From Eledone cirrhosa (Eukaryota): a DNA stretch of 64,000 nucleotides. Made by a program: the position numbers and the translations under genes. The DNA is taken from contig OZ024759.1 in the NCBI GenBank assembly GCA_964016885.1, forward strand, positions 22,878,001-22,942,000. The letters are read 5' to 3'. Under the pieces are notes generated by a model. It did no database searches. It worked only from the letters and a program-made list of their open reading frames with translations, and was not told the origin of the DNA. Shown piece by piece: positions 40,558 through 52,921 of the stretch (positions are counted from its first letter, which is position 1; each line of letters starts with the position of its first letter).

Positions 40558-41416
40558 GTATATATATGTATGTATATTTATATATATATATATATATACT
40601 CACTTCTCAAACTTTGGTTCGGTTTTTATGTCATCATTTAAATTAGTTTGATTAAAAACTTCGTTTTTGTGATTGCGTGCGTGCGCGCGTGCGTGCGTTT
40701 TTTAGGCCGTACAAAAACAAACGGACTCAAGTAAATTTATTAAGATAATCTCTCGGCTTCTCAGAACCGAAGCTGGCATAAATGATAACGTGTGAGGTGA
40801 TAGGCTAGCTATTTCTAGAGTTCAACAGCGACTTAACCTCATAGCTAACGGTTTAACACCATCACCTTCTTACATATACTCGTGTCGGCACTCGCATAAT
40901 ATAGGTTGAGCCGGTTGCAATCAGCGCGTCTACAGCAAAGCTCAACCATGTAACCCTTGCACCGTAATCACAGCGTCCGACGCAGAGATTAACAGCCAAT
41001 CCTCGGTTCCAACGATAGATACTACATATTCCGGTTACAAGCCGAGAGGACAGAGCATTGTGAAAAGAAACCGCGCCAATATGCCGCGATTAGAGAGCTC
41101 AGATGCAGATATTATCACTGAAAACCAGTCACAATTTCAACGATGGAAACCATATATGCGATGACCAGACACTAGCTAAACGTCCGACTTGATATTACCA
41201 ACTCAGGCTTTCAGCTCTCTGCCTTATTTACGCCATCTCAAGAGTGGTTCAAGAGCGACTGTATCTTGAATTAGTTCACCTCCTGCAGGACAGAGAGCGA
41301 GATCAACCCAACGTTGCATTACGTTTACTGTGTAATTCAGGATTAAGGGTTTCTAATTTTGGAGGAAAAGGCAAGCAATTTGAAGGGAGGAGAAAGTCGA
41401 TTACATCGACCTCGGT

Positions 41417-41461
<45 letters not shown>

Positions 41462-41713
41462 TGTATATATATACATACAGACAGACATATATATACATAC
41501 ATATATATGTATATACATACATATATATACATATATATACATATACATACATATATATACATATACATACACATACATATATATACATACATATATATAC
41601 ATATACATGTTCCTCTGGAGTTTTGCCTTTGATAGACCGGCCAAACTCCCGAGTAACAAAACTCACTACTTAGCCTTAATAAAATGAATGTGTGCCTATA
41701 TTCTTCGTTTCCC

Positions 41714-41848
<135 letters not shown>

Positions 41849-42069
41849 ATAATGGAAAACGAAGAAACAGTGATGCATCGGAACACAATTTATTACGTAT
41901 TAGAATTGTTTCTCCGGCGAACAGCTCGAAGTGCGATCTGTTTGTGGATCGAACCTGACTCTGAATTCGCAAGTTCCTCAGATACGTCTAGTGATTTCGA
42001 AGCAAATTTAGCATAGAGTGCTCAACCGACATACCGCCTATGGACGCATCAAAGCAACCTTACTACAAA

Positions 42070-42110
<41 letters not shown>

Positions 42111-42173
42111 GTGGAACACTGGAAGGTAATATCCGTAGTGGTAGAGCACTCAGTCCAAGGGACGAGTTAACCA

Positions 42174-42221
<48 letters not shown>

Positions 42222-42914
42222 GTTCAAGAGTAACCAATCTTAAAGAGAGAGATGGAGATATGAGAGGAGAGATTGGTATATATATATATATATATATATA
42301 ATTATATATATATTAAATATATATATATATATTAAATATATATATATATATTAAATATATATATATAAATATATATATATCAAATTCAAAGGGATATATG
42401 TATATAATTAGACATAGTCACAGATACATGTCTGAGTTTAGCTTCCTTTCACGGTGTGGCTCAATGAAGAATTAATTAAGCAAATAATCATTAATCAGAG
42501 CTATATATAAAATTGCAAGTTTGAAGAACTATTCGATAAAGTATATACAGTATTTCCTCTCGCTGGTCCCTATAATTCAAACACATAAATAATCATTTAA
42601 ACGAGGCTATAAGTTTAAAATGTAACTATGAAGAAATAGTCTATATCATTTGTCTATTATTTCTTCATAGTTACATTTTAAACTTGTAGCTTCAAACTTG
42701 CAATTTTTATTTATTTATTTATATATATATATATTTATCTATCTATGATAGGAACAGATTAAAGTTTCAGCAAAGAATCGCTGCTTTCACTCGTAACGGG
42801 ATTTGCTGAAACTTTAATCTGTTCTTATAAATTATTGCTCTACGGGTTTATATATATTATATATATATAATCCTTATCGAGCCCTCTTCAGATTTTAGTC
42901 TTCACATTTATTAT

Positions 42915-42951
<37 letters not shown>

Positions 42952-43700
42952 AAAACAGAGCCCTCCCCACAAATAACCTCACTGTAGAGCCGTATGTCTC
43001 GTCACCTATCCTAATGTCACGTCATTTTCCAGAAAACAACAGCTGTGGTTATATTTACGTTAGTATATTATATCATAATGTCGAATATAAGGTAGACAAT
43101 AAGAGTGGTTAACATGAAGGAAAGTGCAGAGGTTATCGTATGGCCTAGGCTATTGAGAAAAAGTGTCAAGTATAGGATAACTATCGAACAATGATCGGCA
43201 GCAATGACGACATTAGCGTTGAAACAGTATTGAATTTCTGGAATTCAGGACTGGTATGTCAAATATACCAGGTTTTCTGCATATACGAACAATAATACAA
43301 ACATCGAAATTTGTATTTTGATAAGTTAATGGTTTACATAAGAGAAACCCTGTAGTTTATATTGATTACAGACACGTGGAATTAATTAAAGATGAAAACG
43401 ATATTTTAATGATTTACTTCTAAGATATAATTACATAAATGTTTAGCATGTATGTACAAATGGCGTACAGGATTAAATATATTAGTAACTTTGGAGAAAT
43501 AACTAACGACAGGGACAAATGTAGGGGTTAGAACCCAAGACCTTGTAAGAGTGAATTGAACTTCTTGTAGAAACATGATTAAGGCAGTAAAGGCATTGTG
43601 TATGTGTGAGTATGTGAGTATGTTTGTGTAAATTTCAAAGAGTTACAGACGGAGATATTTATAAACATATAAACACACATGGCGTATTATGTTTGATAAG

Positions 43701-44270
43701 GGCAGTGAATTGGCAGTATCGGTGGAGGGTCGGACGCCATGCTTTCCAGCATAGTTACGTCCCTTTACAATCTGAGTTCAAATACCGCCGAGGTTGACTT
43801 TGCCTTTCATCCTTACGGGGTCGATAAAATAAAGTACCAGTAATGCACTGGGGTAATTGCTGGCCTTGTGCCTAAAGTAGAAACAATTATGTTTGATAAG
43901 ACAGTGGATTGGCAGTACTGGTAGAGCCTTGGACGATATGCTTTGTGGCATATATTCATGTCCCTTTACCTTCTGAGTTCAAATCCTGCCGAGGTTAACT
44001 TTGCCTTTCATCCTTACGGGGTCGATAAAATAAAGTACCAGTATGGCACTGGGACTCTCCCCTTCCCCCGAAATCGTTGACTTTGCGCCCAAATCAGAAA
44101 CCGTTGCTATGGTTAATTGGCAGAATCGTTAAGAACATTGAACAAAATGCCTTGCGGTATTCTTCTAATTATTTACAGTCAAATTCCGCCGGTGTTAACA
44201 TTACCATTCCTCCTTCCGGGGTCGATAAAATAAAGTACCAGTTAACTAATTAGGTCGATATAATCGTCTT
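43701..44270 (+). mobile_element. Three head-to-tail SINE family A copies
   Basis: Copies at 43701-43885 (15-bp TSD ATTATGTTTGATAAG at 43686 and 43886), 43901-44105 and 44110-44270. Confidence 0.9.
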
Positions 44271-44324
44271 CGACCAATACTTAGTTTATTTTCCATTTGT
44301 CACAGCATAATGAAGCCAGCGAGT

Positions 44325-47142
44325 TGGCAGAGTCGTTAGAACGTCGGATAGAATGGCAGAGTCGTTAGAACGTCAGATAGAATGGCAGAGTCGTTAGAAC
44401 GTCGGATAGAATGGCAGAGTCGTTAGAACGTCAGATAGAATGGCAGAGTCGTTAGAACGTCAGATAGAATGGCAGAGTCGTTAAAACGTCAGATAGAATG
44501 GCAGAGTCGTTAGAACGTCAGATAGAATGGCAGAGTCGTTAGAACGTCGGATAGAATGGCAGAGTCGTTAGAACGTCGGATAGAATGGCAGAGTCGTTAG
44601 AACGTCAGATAGAATGGCAGAGTCGTTAGAACGTCGGATAGAATGGCAGAGTCGTTAGAACGTCGGATAGAATGGCAGAGTCGTTAGAACGTCGGATAGA
44701 ATGGCAGAGTCGTTAGAACGTCAGATAGAATGGCAGAGTCGTTAGAACGTCGGATAGAATGGCAGAGTCGTTAGAACGTCGGATAGAATGGCAGAGTCGT
44801 TAGAACGTCGGATAGAATGGCAGAGTCGTTAGAACGTCAGATAGAATGGCAGAGTCGTTAGAACGTCGGATAGAATGGCAGAGTCGTTAGAACGTCGGAT
44901 AGAATGGCAGAGTCGTTAGAATGGCAGAGTCGTTAGAACGTCGGATAGAATGGCAGAGTCGTTAGAACGTCGGATAGAATGGCAGAGTCGTTAGAACGTC
45001 GGATAGAATGGCAGAGTCGTTAGAACGTCAGATAGAATGGCAGAGTCGTTAGAACGTCAGATAGAATGGCAGAGTCGTTAGAACGTCGGATAGAATGGCA
45101 GAGTCGTTAGAACGTCAGATAGAATGGCAGAGTCGTTAGAACGTCGGATAGAATGGCAGAGTCGTTAGAACGTCGGATAGAATGGCAGAGTCGTTAGAAC
45201 GTCGGATAGAATGGCAGAGTCGTTAGAACGTCGGATAGAATGGCAGAGTCGTTAGAACGTCGGATAGAATGGCAGAGTCGTTAGAACGTCGGATAGAATG
45301 GCAGAGTCGTTAGAACGTCGGATAGAATGGCAGAGTCGTTAGAACGTCGGATAGAATGGCAGAGTCGTTAGAACGTCAGATAGAATGGCAGAGTCGTTAG
45401 AACGTCGGATAGAATGGCAGAGTCGTTAGAACGTCAGATAGAATGGCAGAGTCGTTAGAACGTCGGATAGAATGGCAGAGTCGTTAGAACGTCGGATAGA
45501 ATGGCAGAGTCGTTAGAACGTCGGATAGAATGGCAGAGTCGTTAGAACGTCAGATAGAATGGCAGAGTCGTTAGAACGTCGGATAGAATGGCAGAGTCGT
45601 TAGAACGTCGGATAGAATGGCAGAGTCGTTAGAACGTCGGATAGAATGGCAGAGTCGTTAGAACGTCGGATAGAATGGCAGAGTCGTTAGAACGTCAGAT
45701 AGAATGGCAGAGTCGTTAAAACGTCAGATAGAATGGCAGAGTCGTTAGAACGTCAGATAGAATGGCAGAGTCGTTAGAACGTCGGATAGAATGGCAGAGT
45801 CGTTAGAACGTCGGATAGAATGGCAGAGTCGTTAGAACGTCAGATAGAATGGCAGAGTCGTTAGAACGTCGGATAGAATGGCAGAGTCGTTAGAACGTCG
45901 GATAGAATGGCAGAGTCGTTAGAACGTCGGATAGAATGGCAGAGTCGTTAGAACGTCAGATAGAATGGCAGAGTCGTTAGAACGTCGGATAGAATGGCAG
46001 AGTCGTTAGAACGTCGGATAGAATGGCAGAGTCGTTAGAACGTCGGATAGAATGGCAGAGTCGTTAGAACGTCAGATAGAATGGCAGAGTCGTTAGAACG
46101 TCGGATAGAATGGCAGAGTCGTTAGAACGTCGGATAGAATGGCAGAGTCGTTAGAATGGCAGAGTCGTTAGAACGTCGGATAGAATGGCAGAGTCGTTAG
46201 AACGTCGGATAGAATGGCAGAGTCGTTAGAACGTCGGATAGAATGGCAGAGTCGTTAGAACGTCAGATAGAATGGCAGAGTCGTTAGAACGTCAGATAGA
46301 ATGGCAGAGTCGTTAGAACGTCGGATAGAATGGCAGAGTCGTTAGAACGTCAGATAGAATGGCAGAGTCGTTAGAACGTCGGATAGAATGGCAGAGTCGT
46401 TAGAACGTCGGATAGAATGGCAGAGTCGTTAGAACGTCGGATAGAATGGCAGAGTCGTTAGAACGTCGGATAGAATGGCAGAGTCGTTAGAACGTCGGAT
46501 AGAATGGCAGAGTCGTTAGAACGTCGGATAGAATGGCAGAGTCGTTAGAACGTCGGATAGAATGGCAGAGTCGTTAGAACGTCGGATAGAATGGCAGAGT
46601 CGTTAGAACGTCAGATAGAATGGCAGAGTCGTTAGAACGTCGGATAGAATGGCAGAGTCGTTAGAACGTCAGATAGAATGGCAGAGTCGTTAGAACGTCG
46701 GATAGAATGGCAGAGTCGTTAGAACGTCGGATAGAATGGCAGAGTCGTTAGAACGTCGGATAGAATGGCAGAGTCGTTAGAACGTCAGATAGAATGGCAG
46801 AGTCGTTAGAACGTCGGATAGAATGGCAGAGTCGTTAGAACGTCGGATAGAATGGCAGAGTCGTTAGAACGTCAGATAGAATGGCAGAGTCGTTAGAACG
46901 TCGGATAGAATGGCAGAGTCGTTAGAACGTCGGATAGAATGGCAGAGTCGTTAGAACGTCAGATAGAATGGCAGAGTCGTTAGAACGTCGGATAGAATGG
47001 CAGAGTCGTTAGAACGTCGGATAGAATGGCAGAGTCGTTAGAACGTCAGATAGAATGGCAGAGTCGTTAGAACGTCAGATAGAATGGCAGAGTCGTTAGA
47101 ACGTCGGATAGAATGGCAGAGTCGTTAGAACGTCAGATAGAA
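44325..47142 (+). repeat. 29-bp satellite (96 full plus 2 truncated 17-bp units) derived from a SINE A-box head
   Basis: Unit TGGCAGAGTCGTTAGAACGTC(G/A)GATAGAA. Array length 2818 = 96x29 + 2x17. It continues directly into the SINE body. Confidence 0.97.
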
Positions 47143-47440
47143 TGCTTTGTGGTATTCGCGTCGTCTCTCGACTCTCGGGGTTCAAATCCCGTCAAGTTCA
47201 ACTTTGCTTTTCATCATTTCGAGATCGATAAACAAAAGTACCAGTCTAGTACTAGGGTCGATTATTCCTCTATATCTCTTTCTCGCCTTCTTTCTCACGC
47301 TCTCTATCCTTCTCTGGAAGAAATCTGATTAACTCAGATCTGGAGAAGAGATGGGCATCGCCAAGTTTTAAAAAAGGCCCTAGAAACGCCGTATATCAAT
47401 ACGACACCCCTACTTCTCAATCAGGAATTACGGGATAATG
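47143..47440 (+). mobile_element. Body and tail of the SINE A2 copy that hosts the 29-bp satellite
   Basis: GGTTCAAATCCC B-box, ACTTTGCTTTTCATC...GATCGATAAACAAAAGTACCAG and RTE-like tail. Confidence 0.85.
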
Positions 47441-47782
47441 CATGCATGTAGTGATAAGAAACTCTCAGGAGAGCTGGATAGCAGAAAGTCTTCAGGGAAA
47501 AACCCACCACTCAAGCGAGTGTTTCGGCTTTTAACATCTTACGCTGTAAGCATCCAGGTCGTGACTCCTGGGCGCTCTTCTGCAGGCATTTAGCCATTTG
47601 GAAATCGGAAACTTGGTCTGTATTTAAACCGTATGGAGATTTTGTTGACAGGATCTAGCTGGAATTCCTCTCCGCTGCTTCTGCTTTCAAACTTGATTCA
47701 AACTTGAATGCCCTAGAAACGCTGAATGTCAACATGGCGCCCCAACGACTCTCTCGGGAGTTACGAAACCATGTATGAATAT

Positions 47783-47813
<31 letters not shown>

Positions 47814-48344
47814 ATACAATCAATAAAATACCAGGAGATTTATCGCAAAGTACGCTCTACAAAACACTATTTTTGTTGATTAATTTTACCATCCTTGATA
47901 ACAAAATATATTAAATAACCTAGTTGTTGTTGTTTTTATATTTTGCTTGCTTCGTATTTTTATTTTTAAACCTGTATTGGCAAAATTTGATAAACTCCCA
48001 AATCTAAGCAATGGTTACTTTTGGTATTACTTTCTTCTTTTCCGTCTTTATTTACGTCTCATTTTTTTTTTTTTATTATCGCCATTAATAGCCATGTTCT
48101 GCTTCAAGATATCCATCTCGTTTCTGAATTTAATTCTCTTCTCCCCTCACCAGCACCACCATACCCGAATTCCTCAGATATAGTATCTGAATTATGCTTA
48201 GTAGCTCATTAAATTGCGTTTGTTTAGATGTTTTTGTTGATAACAATATGGCTAATTATTAAATTCAAAGTTAAACCCCCACCACAAAAAGCCAGCAAAC
48301 AGAAAACAAAAACTGAAATGAAATAACATAGTTTATCATGTTTA

Positions 48345-48570
48345 TTATTTGGATTATCAGAATCAGTAGAGCGTCCAACTAATGCAGTATTTCATTACGG
48401 TCTTCTACATTCTGGTTTCAAATCCCCCCCCCCTCCGATATCAAATTTGCCTTTCCCCTATTCCGAGACCGATAAAATAAAATACCAGTAAAACACTGGG
48501 GTCGATTTAATCGAGTTTCCTCTCCAGTAAAAGTTGTTGGCCTTGTGCCTAAATCAGAAGCCATTATTAT
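48345..48570 (+). mobile_element. SINE family A (diverged)
   Basis: CGATAAAATAAAATACCAGTAAAACACTGGGGTCGAT...GGCCTTGTGCCTAAATCAGAAGCCATTATTAT. Confidence 0.8.
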
Positions 48571-49260
48571 GGAGGTGCCGTCAGCCGGGCATGTCCGAGA
48601 TGCGCGCAGGGCGACGAAACCGTCCTGCACGCACTCGTCCAGTGTCCGAAAATTGCTGACTTGTGGGTTTATGTCGAACACCTGCTGTCGCGTGTAGGAC
48701 GGATCCGGCTATCAGCTGAGTCCATCGTGAGGATTGCCTCGCCCTCTTCCTTTAGCCGGGAAGGGCAGGCAGTTTTTATCTGTCTGGTGGCCATGGCGAA
48801 AGAGATAGTATGGTGGACACGTTTGAAAGGCCTGAAGACAAGCACTTACCTCTTCGGTGATGCCCTGATTAACTTTTTCAAATTTCATTTGAAAAGGAAA
48901 ATCAGGGTAGAGAGGGAAGTGCTCTCTTCCCAGCATTTTGTTGAAAGATGGGTGAGAGAGGCAAGAATGGCCCGAGTGAATGGGTCTACTCTGAGTACGT
49001 ATCTGTAAATTAAAGGTGGAAAACTGGGAGAGGGCACTTGCCTTGGTGGTCAGGGTCACTGTGGCCTTTTACTGGGCTTTCTCCACAAATGTCCCTCCGA
49101 AGTCTCCCCCCTATTGGGGAATTTTTCATTGTTATTTTTTGTTACATCCTCTGTTTTTGTTCTTTACACGCAGAAATGCCCATTTGTACCATCCTGTATT
49201 GTCCTGCACTGTCCTTAATGTCTACTTTATGTAAACCCTTGTGGTTAATAAAGAAATCAT
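48571..49260 (+). mobile_element. 5'-truncated L1/Tx1-like LINE: ORF2 C-terminal zinc-knuckle region plus 3' UTR
   Basis: Open frame 48571-49008 GGAVSRACPRCAQGDETVLHALVQCPKIADLWVYVEHLL...IVWWTR (CxxC...ET..H...C, zf-RVT-like), AATAAA near the end, putative TSD CATTATTAT. Confidence 0.85.
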
Positions 49261-49284
49261 TATTATTATTATTATTATTGAGGG

Positions 49285-49720
49285 CCCGTTAAAGTAGTGG
49301 GTTGGCAGTATCAGTAGAGAGTCGGACACCATACTTTGCAGCATAGAGTTACGGCCCTTTACGGTCTAAGTTCAAATCCTGCCGAGGTTAACTTTGCCTT
49401 TCATCCTTACGGAGTCGATGAAATAAAGGACCAGTAACGTAATGTGGTCGATTTAATTGACTTTCCCCTCCCCCCCAAAATTGCTGGCATTGTGCCTCTA
49501 CTAGAAATCATTATTATTGAGGGTGGTGGATTGGCAGTATCGGTAGAGGGTCGGACGCCATGCTTTCCAGCATAGTTACGTCCCTTTACGATCCGAGTTC
49601 AAATCCCACCGAGGTTGACTTTGCCTTTCATCCTTACGGGGTCGATAAAATAAAGTACCAGTAATGTACTGGGTAATTGCTGGCCTTGTGCCTAAAGTAG
49701 AACCAATTATTATTGAGGGT
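49285..49720 (+). mobile_element. Two head-to-tail SINE family A copies
   Basis: Copies at about 49293-49509 and 49525-49705, separated and flanked by ATTATTATTGAGGG. Confidence 0.9.
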
Positions 49721-49910
49721 AGGTGGCCTAATGGTAAGAGCAAAGGATTTACGATCGTAATGTCGTCGATTAGAAACTTGGACTGGGCTGTGTTTTGTAT
49801 TCTTAAGCAAAACAGTTCATTTCACATTACTCCAGTATACTCAGCTGAAAATGAGCACCAGCAATAGCTGGGAACTTAAACCTGTGATGGACTGACGTCA
49901 TGCCCAGCAG
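49717..49910 (+). mobile_element. CORE-type SINE (family B), diverged
   Basis: TGGCCTAATGGTAAGAGC head; CTTAAGCAAAACAG..CATTTCACATTACTCCAGTATACTCAGCTGAAAATGAG. Confidence 0.7.
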
Positions 49911-50519
49911 TTGTCTTTTACTTACATTCGCTTCACGCCTCAGAAAAAGGGATAAGCAACGGTCTGATGAGCCTTGACTTTAGATTATTTTCTGGGAGAG
50001 AGTTGGATAACATACTTTGCGTCATGACGTCGGGGTCCTGACTCTTTTCACATATACACAAACATATATATATATATACACATATACACATATACACCCA
50101 TATATATATATATATATGTGTGTACACACATATTCCTATTATCTGTTTATTAAGTAACGGAACTACAATATGTTCATTGTTTTCAAATTAATTCTTCAGC
50201 AACAAACAAAATGACAACAACAACTACAACAATGATAACAACAACAATAATATGTAATAAACCAGGTGAAGCAGAAGAAACTGGCACGAAACTATTGAAG
50301 AATCAATAACAACAATAATATCAACAGCATCACCACCACCAACAGCACCAACAGCACCAATAGCTCTTCTGTCCAGCCACTTCGACGACGTTTGAATATT
50401 TAACACACGAAACAATTTCCATAAAAACTCAGCCGAATCAGGAATAAATACAAATGATCAATACTAATTATAAATATTATATCGTAAATTACCCAGTGGT
50501 GAGAGAGATGGAGAGAGTG

Positions 50520-51210
50520 GGGGAAAGGAAAATTGAAAGAGAGAAAAAAAAGAGAAAAGAGAGGAAAGAGAAGAAAGAGGAAAGAGAAAAGAGAGAAAAG
50601 AAAAAAAGAGGATAGAGAAAAGAAAAAAAGAGGATAGAGAAAAGAAAAAAGAGGATAGAGAAAAGAGTAAAAGAGGATGGAGAAAAGAGAAAAAGAGGAT
50701 GGAGAAAAGAGAAAAAGAGGAAAGAGAAAAAGAGGATAGAGAAAAAGAGGATAGAGAAAAAGAGGATAGAGAAAAAGAGGATAGAGAAAAGAGGATAGAG
50801 AAAAGAGGATAGAGAAAAGAGGATAGAGAAAAGAGAAAAAGAGGGGATAGAGAAAAAGAGGGGATAGAGAAAAATAGGAAAAGAGAAAAGAGAAAAAGAG
50901 GATAGAGAAAAGAGAAAAGAGAAAAAGAGAGGATAGAGAAAAATAGGAAAAGAGAAAAATAGGAAGTGCGAAACACTGAAAAAGAGGAAACGAGAAACAC
51001 TGAAAAAGAGGAAACGAGAAACACTGAAAAAGAGGAAAAGAGGAAAAGAGAAAAAGAGGAAACGAGAAACACTGAAAAAGAGGAAACAAGAAACACTGAA
51101 AAGGAGGAAAAGAGAAACACTGAAAAGGAGGAAAAGAGAAACACTGAAAAAGAGGAAAAGAGGAAAAGAGAAAAAGAGGAAAAGAGGATAAGAGGAAAAG
51201 AGGAACACTG
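50520..51210. repeat. Purine-rich compound minisatellite (AGAGGATAGAGAAA; GAAACACTGAAAAAGAGGAAA)
   Basis: Directly visible. Confidence 0.92.
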
Positions 51211-51524
51211 AAAACTTTATGAAAATTTGAAAACGATAAATTAAAAACAAAATATAATAGATGTAAAAAGTAAAAGAAAAGTTTTGTTGCTTCTGTTCTT
51301 GTGTTGTAACTCTCCTGAGAAATCTAAATCTTTCATAACATACATTTAATTGCTAATTATCATCATCACCACCACCACCACTATCTTCATTATCAGCGCC
51401 AATATTATCATCACCATCATATATATATATATATATATACATATATATATACATATATTGTTATATATATATATACATATATTGTTATATATATATATAC
51501 ATATATTGTTATACTTGGGGAGGG

Positions 51525-51615
<91 letters not shown>

Positions 51616-51628
51616 CATACGCATATGC

Positions 51629-51659
<31 letters not shown>

Positions 51660-51681
51660 CATATGCATATATATATATATA

Positions 51682-51808
51682 GTAAAAGAGTCAGAACCCC
51701 GACGGCAGCGCTCTGCCGTCGGGGTTCTATTACCCACTCTACTACTCAAAGTAAAGAGTACTGATGCGTTATGGTCCACCTCGTTCCTAACCACACTTCC
51801 TTCGTTAT
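51682..51808 (+). mobile_element. Fold-back element family P1 with the centre deleted
   Basis: AGAACCCCGACGGCAG cgct CTGCCGTCGGGGTTCT plus the shared tail. Confidence 0.8.
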
Positions 51809-52034
51809 ACATACATACATACATACATACATACACACACACACATACATACACACATACACACACACACATTACACACATACACACATACACACATACA
51901 TACACACATACATACATACATTACATACATGATGATGGCTGCCCCCTCGTTATCGAGTATGGCCATTGCACGAGGAGAAATAAAAAAAAAAATAAAATAA
52001 AAAAATAATAATAAATAAACAAAAAGAAAAAAAA

Positions 52035-52087
<53 letters not shown>

Positions 52088-52193
52088 TACATTAATAACA
52101 ACAACAATAATAATAATAACAACAACAACAACAACAATGATAATAACGACAACAACAATAATAATATACATATATCTATACATACATACACAC

Positions 52194-52236
<43 letters not shown>

Positions 52237-52684
52237 TGCATTTATATACACATATGATGGCTGCAACTCGATTTTGAGTAATGCTATCGCTTGATACTTA
52301 AGCAAGAGCATCACGAATGTGATTTTTTCATCCAACGGAACTTGCCTATGACCAGCAATACCATATATGGCAAAACACGTTAGGTCATGTGATGCCGGAG
52401 CTTGAAGCTTTTTTAAATGAGGAAAGGCTTTGCACGAGGCCAATCCCACTCTCTGGACATCAAATGTATTTACCCATGAAGAAGAACTGGTCTACATCAT
52501 ATACTTATATATGTACACATATATATATTTATATATTTATATATATACACATACATATATATATACAGATACATATATATATATATACATATATATATAT
52601 ACACATACATATATACATATATATATATACACATACATATATACATATATATATATACACATACATATATACATATATATATAT

Positions 52685-52742
<58 letters not shown>

Positions 52743-52890
52743 ATATATACATATACATATATATACATATACACATTTATATATATACATATATATATAT
52801 ATACACATACATATATATATATATATATATACATATATATACATATATATATACATATATATACATATATATATATACACAAATGTATAC

Positions 52891-52910
<20 letters not shown>

Positions 52911-52921
<11 letters not shown>

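Noticed and set aside
40680-41330. CpG-retaining unique stretch (also 38750-38990)
   Set aside because: No recognisable ORF, RNA fold or repeat partner within the window, so it cannot be assigned.
43192-43258. Short ATG-initiated frame MIGSNDDISVETVLNFWNSGL ending at GTATGT
   Set aside because: No recognisable peptide and no supporting downstream exon.
43701-43800. tRNA genes suggested by A/B boxes
   Set aside because: No complete cloverleaf. All are followed by SINE body and tail, several with TSDs.
44325-47142. CRISPR-like array (29-bp repeats)
   Set aside because: No unique spacers, no cas genes, eukaryotic context, and the unit is a SINE head.
50966-51211. Repetitive charged ORF (RNTEKEE)
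   Set aside because: Translation of a purine-rich minisatellite.
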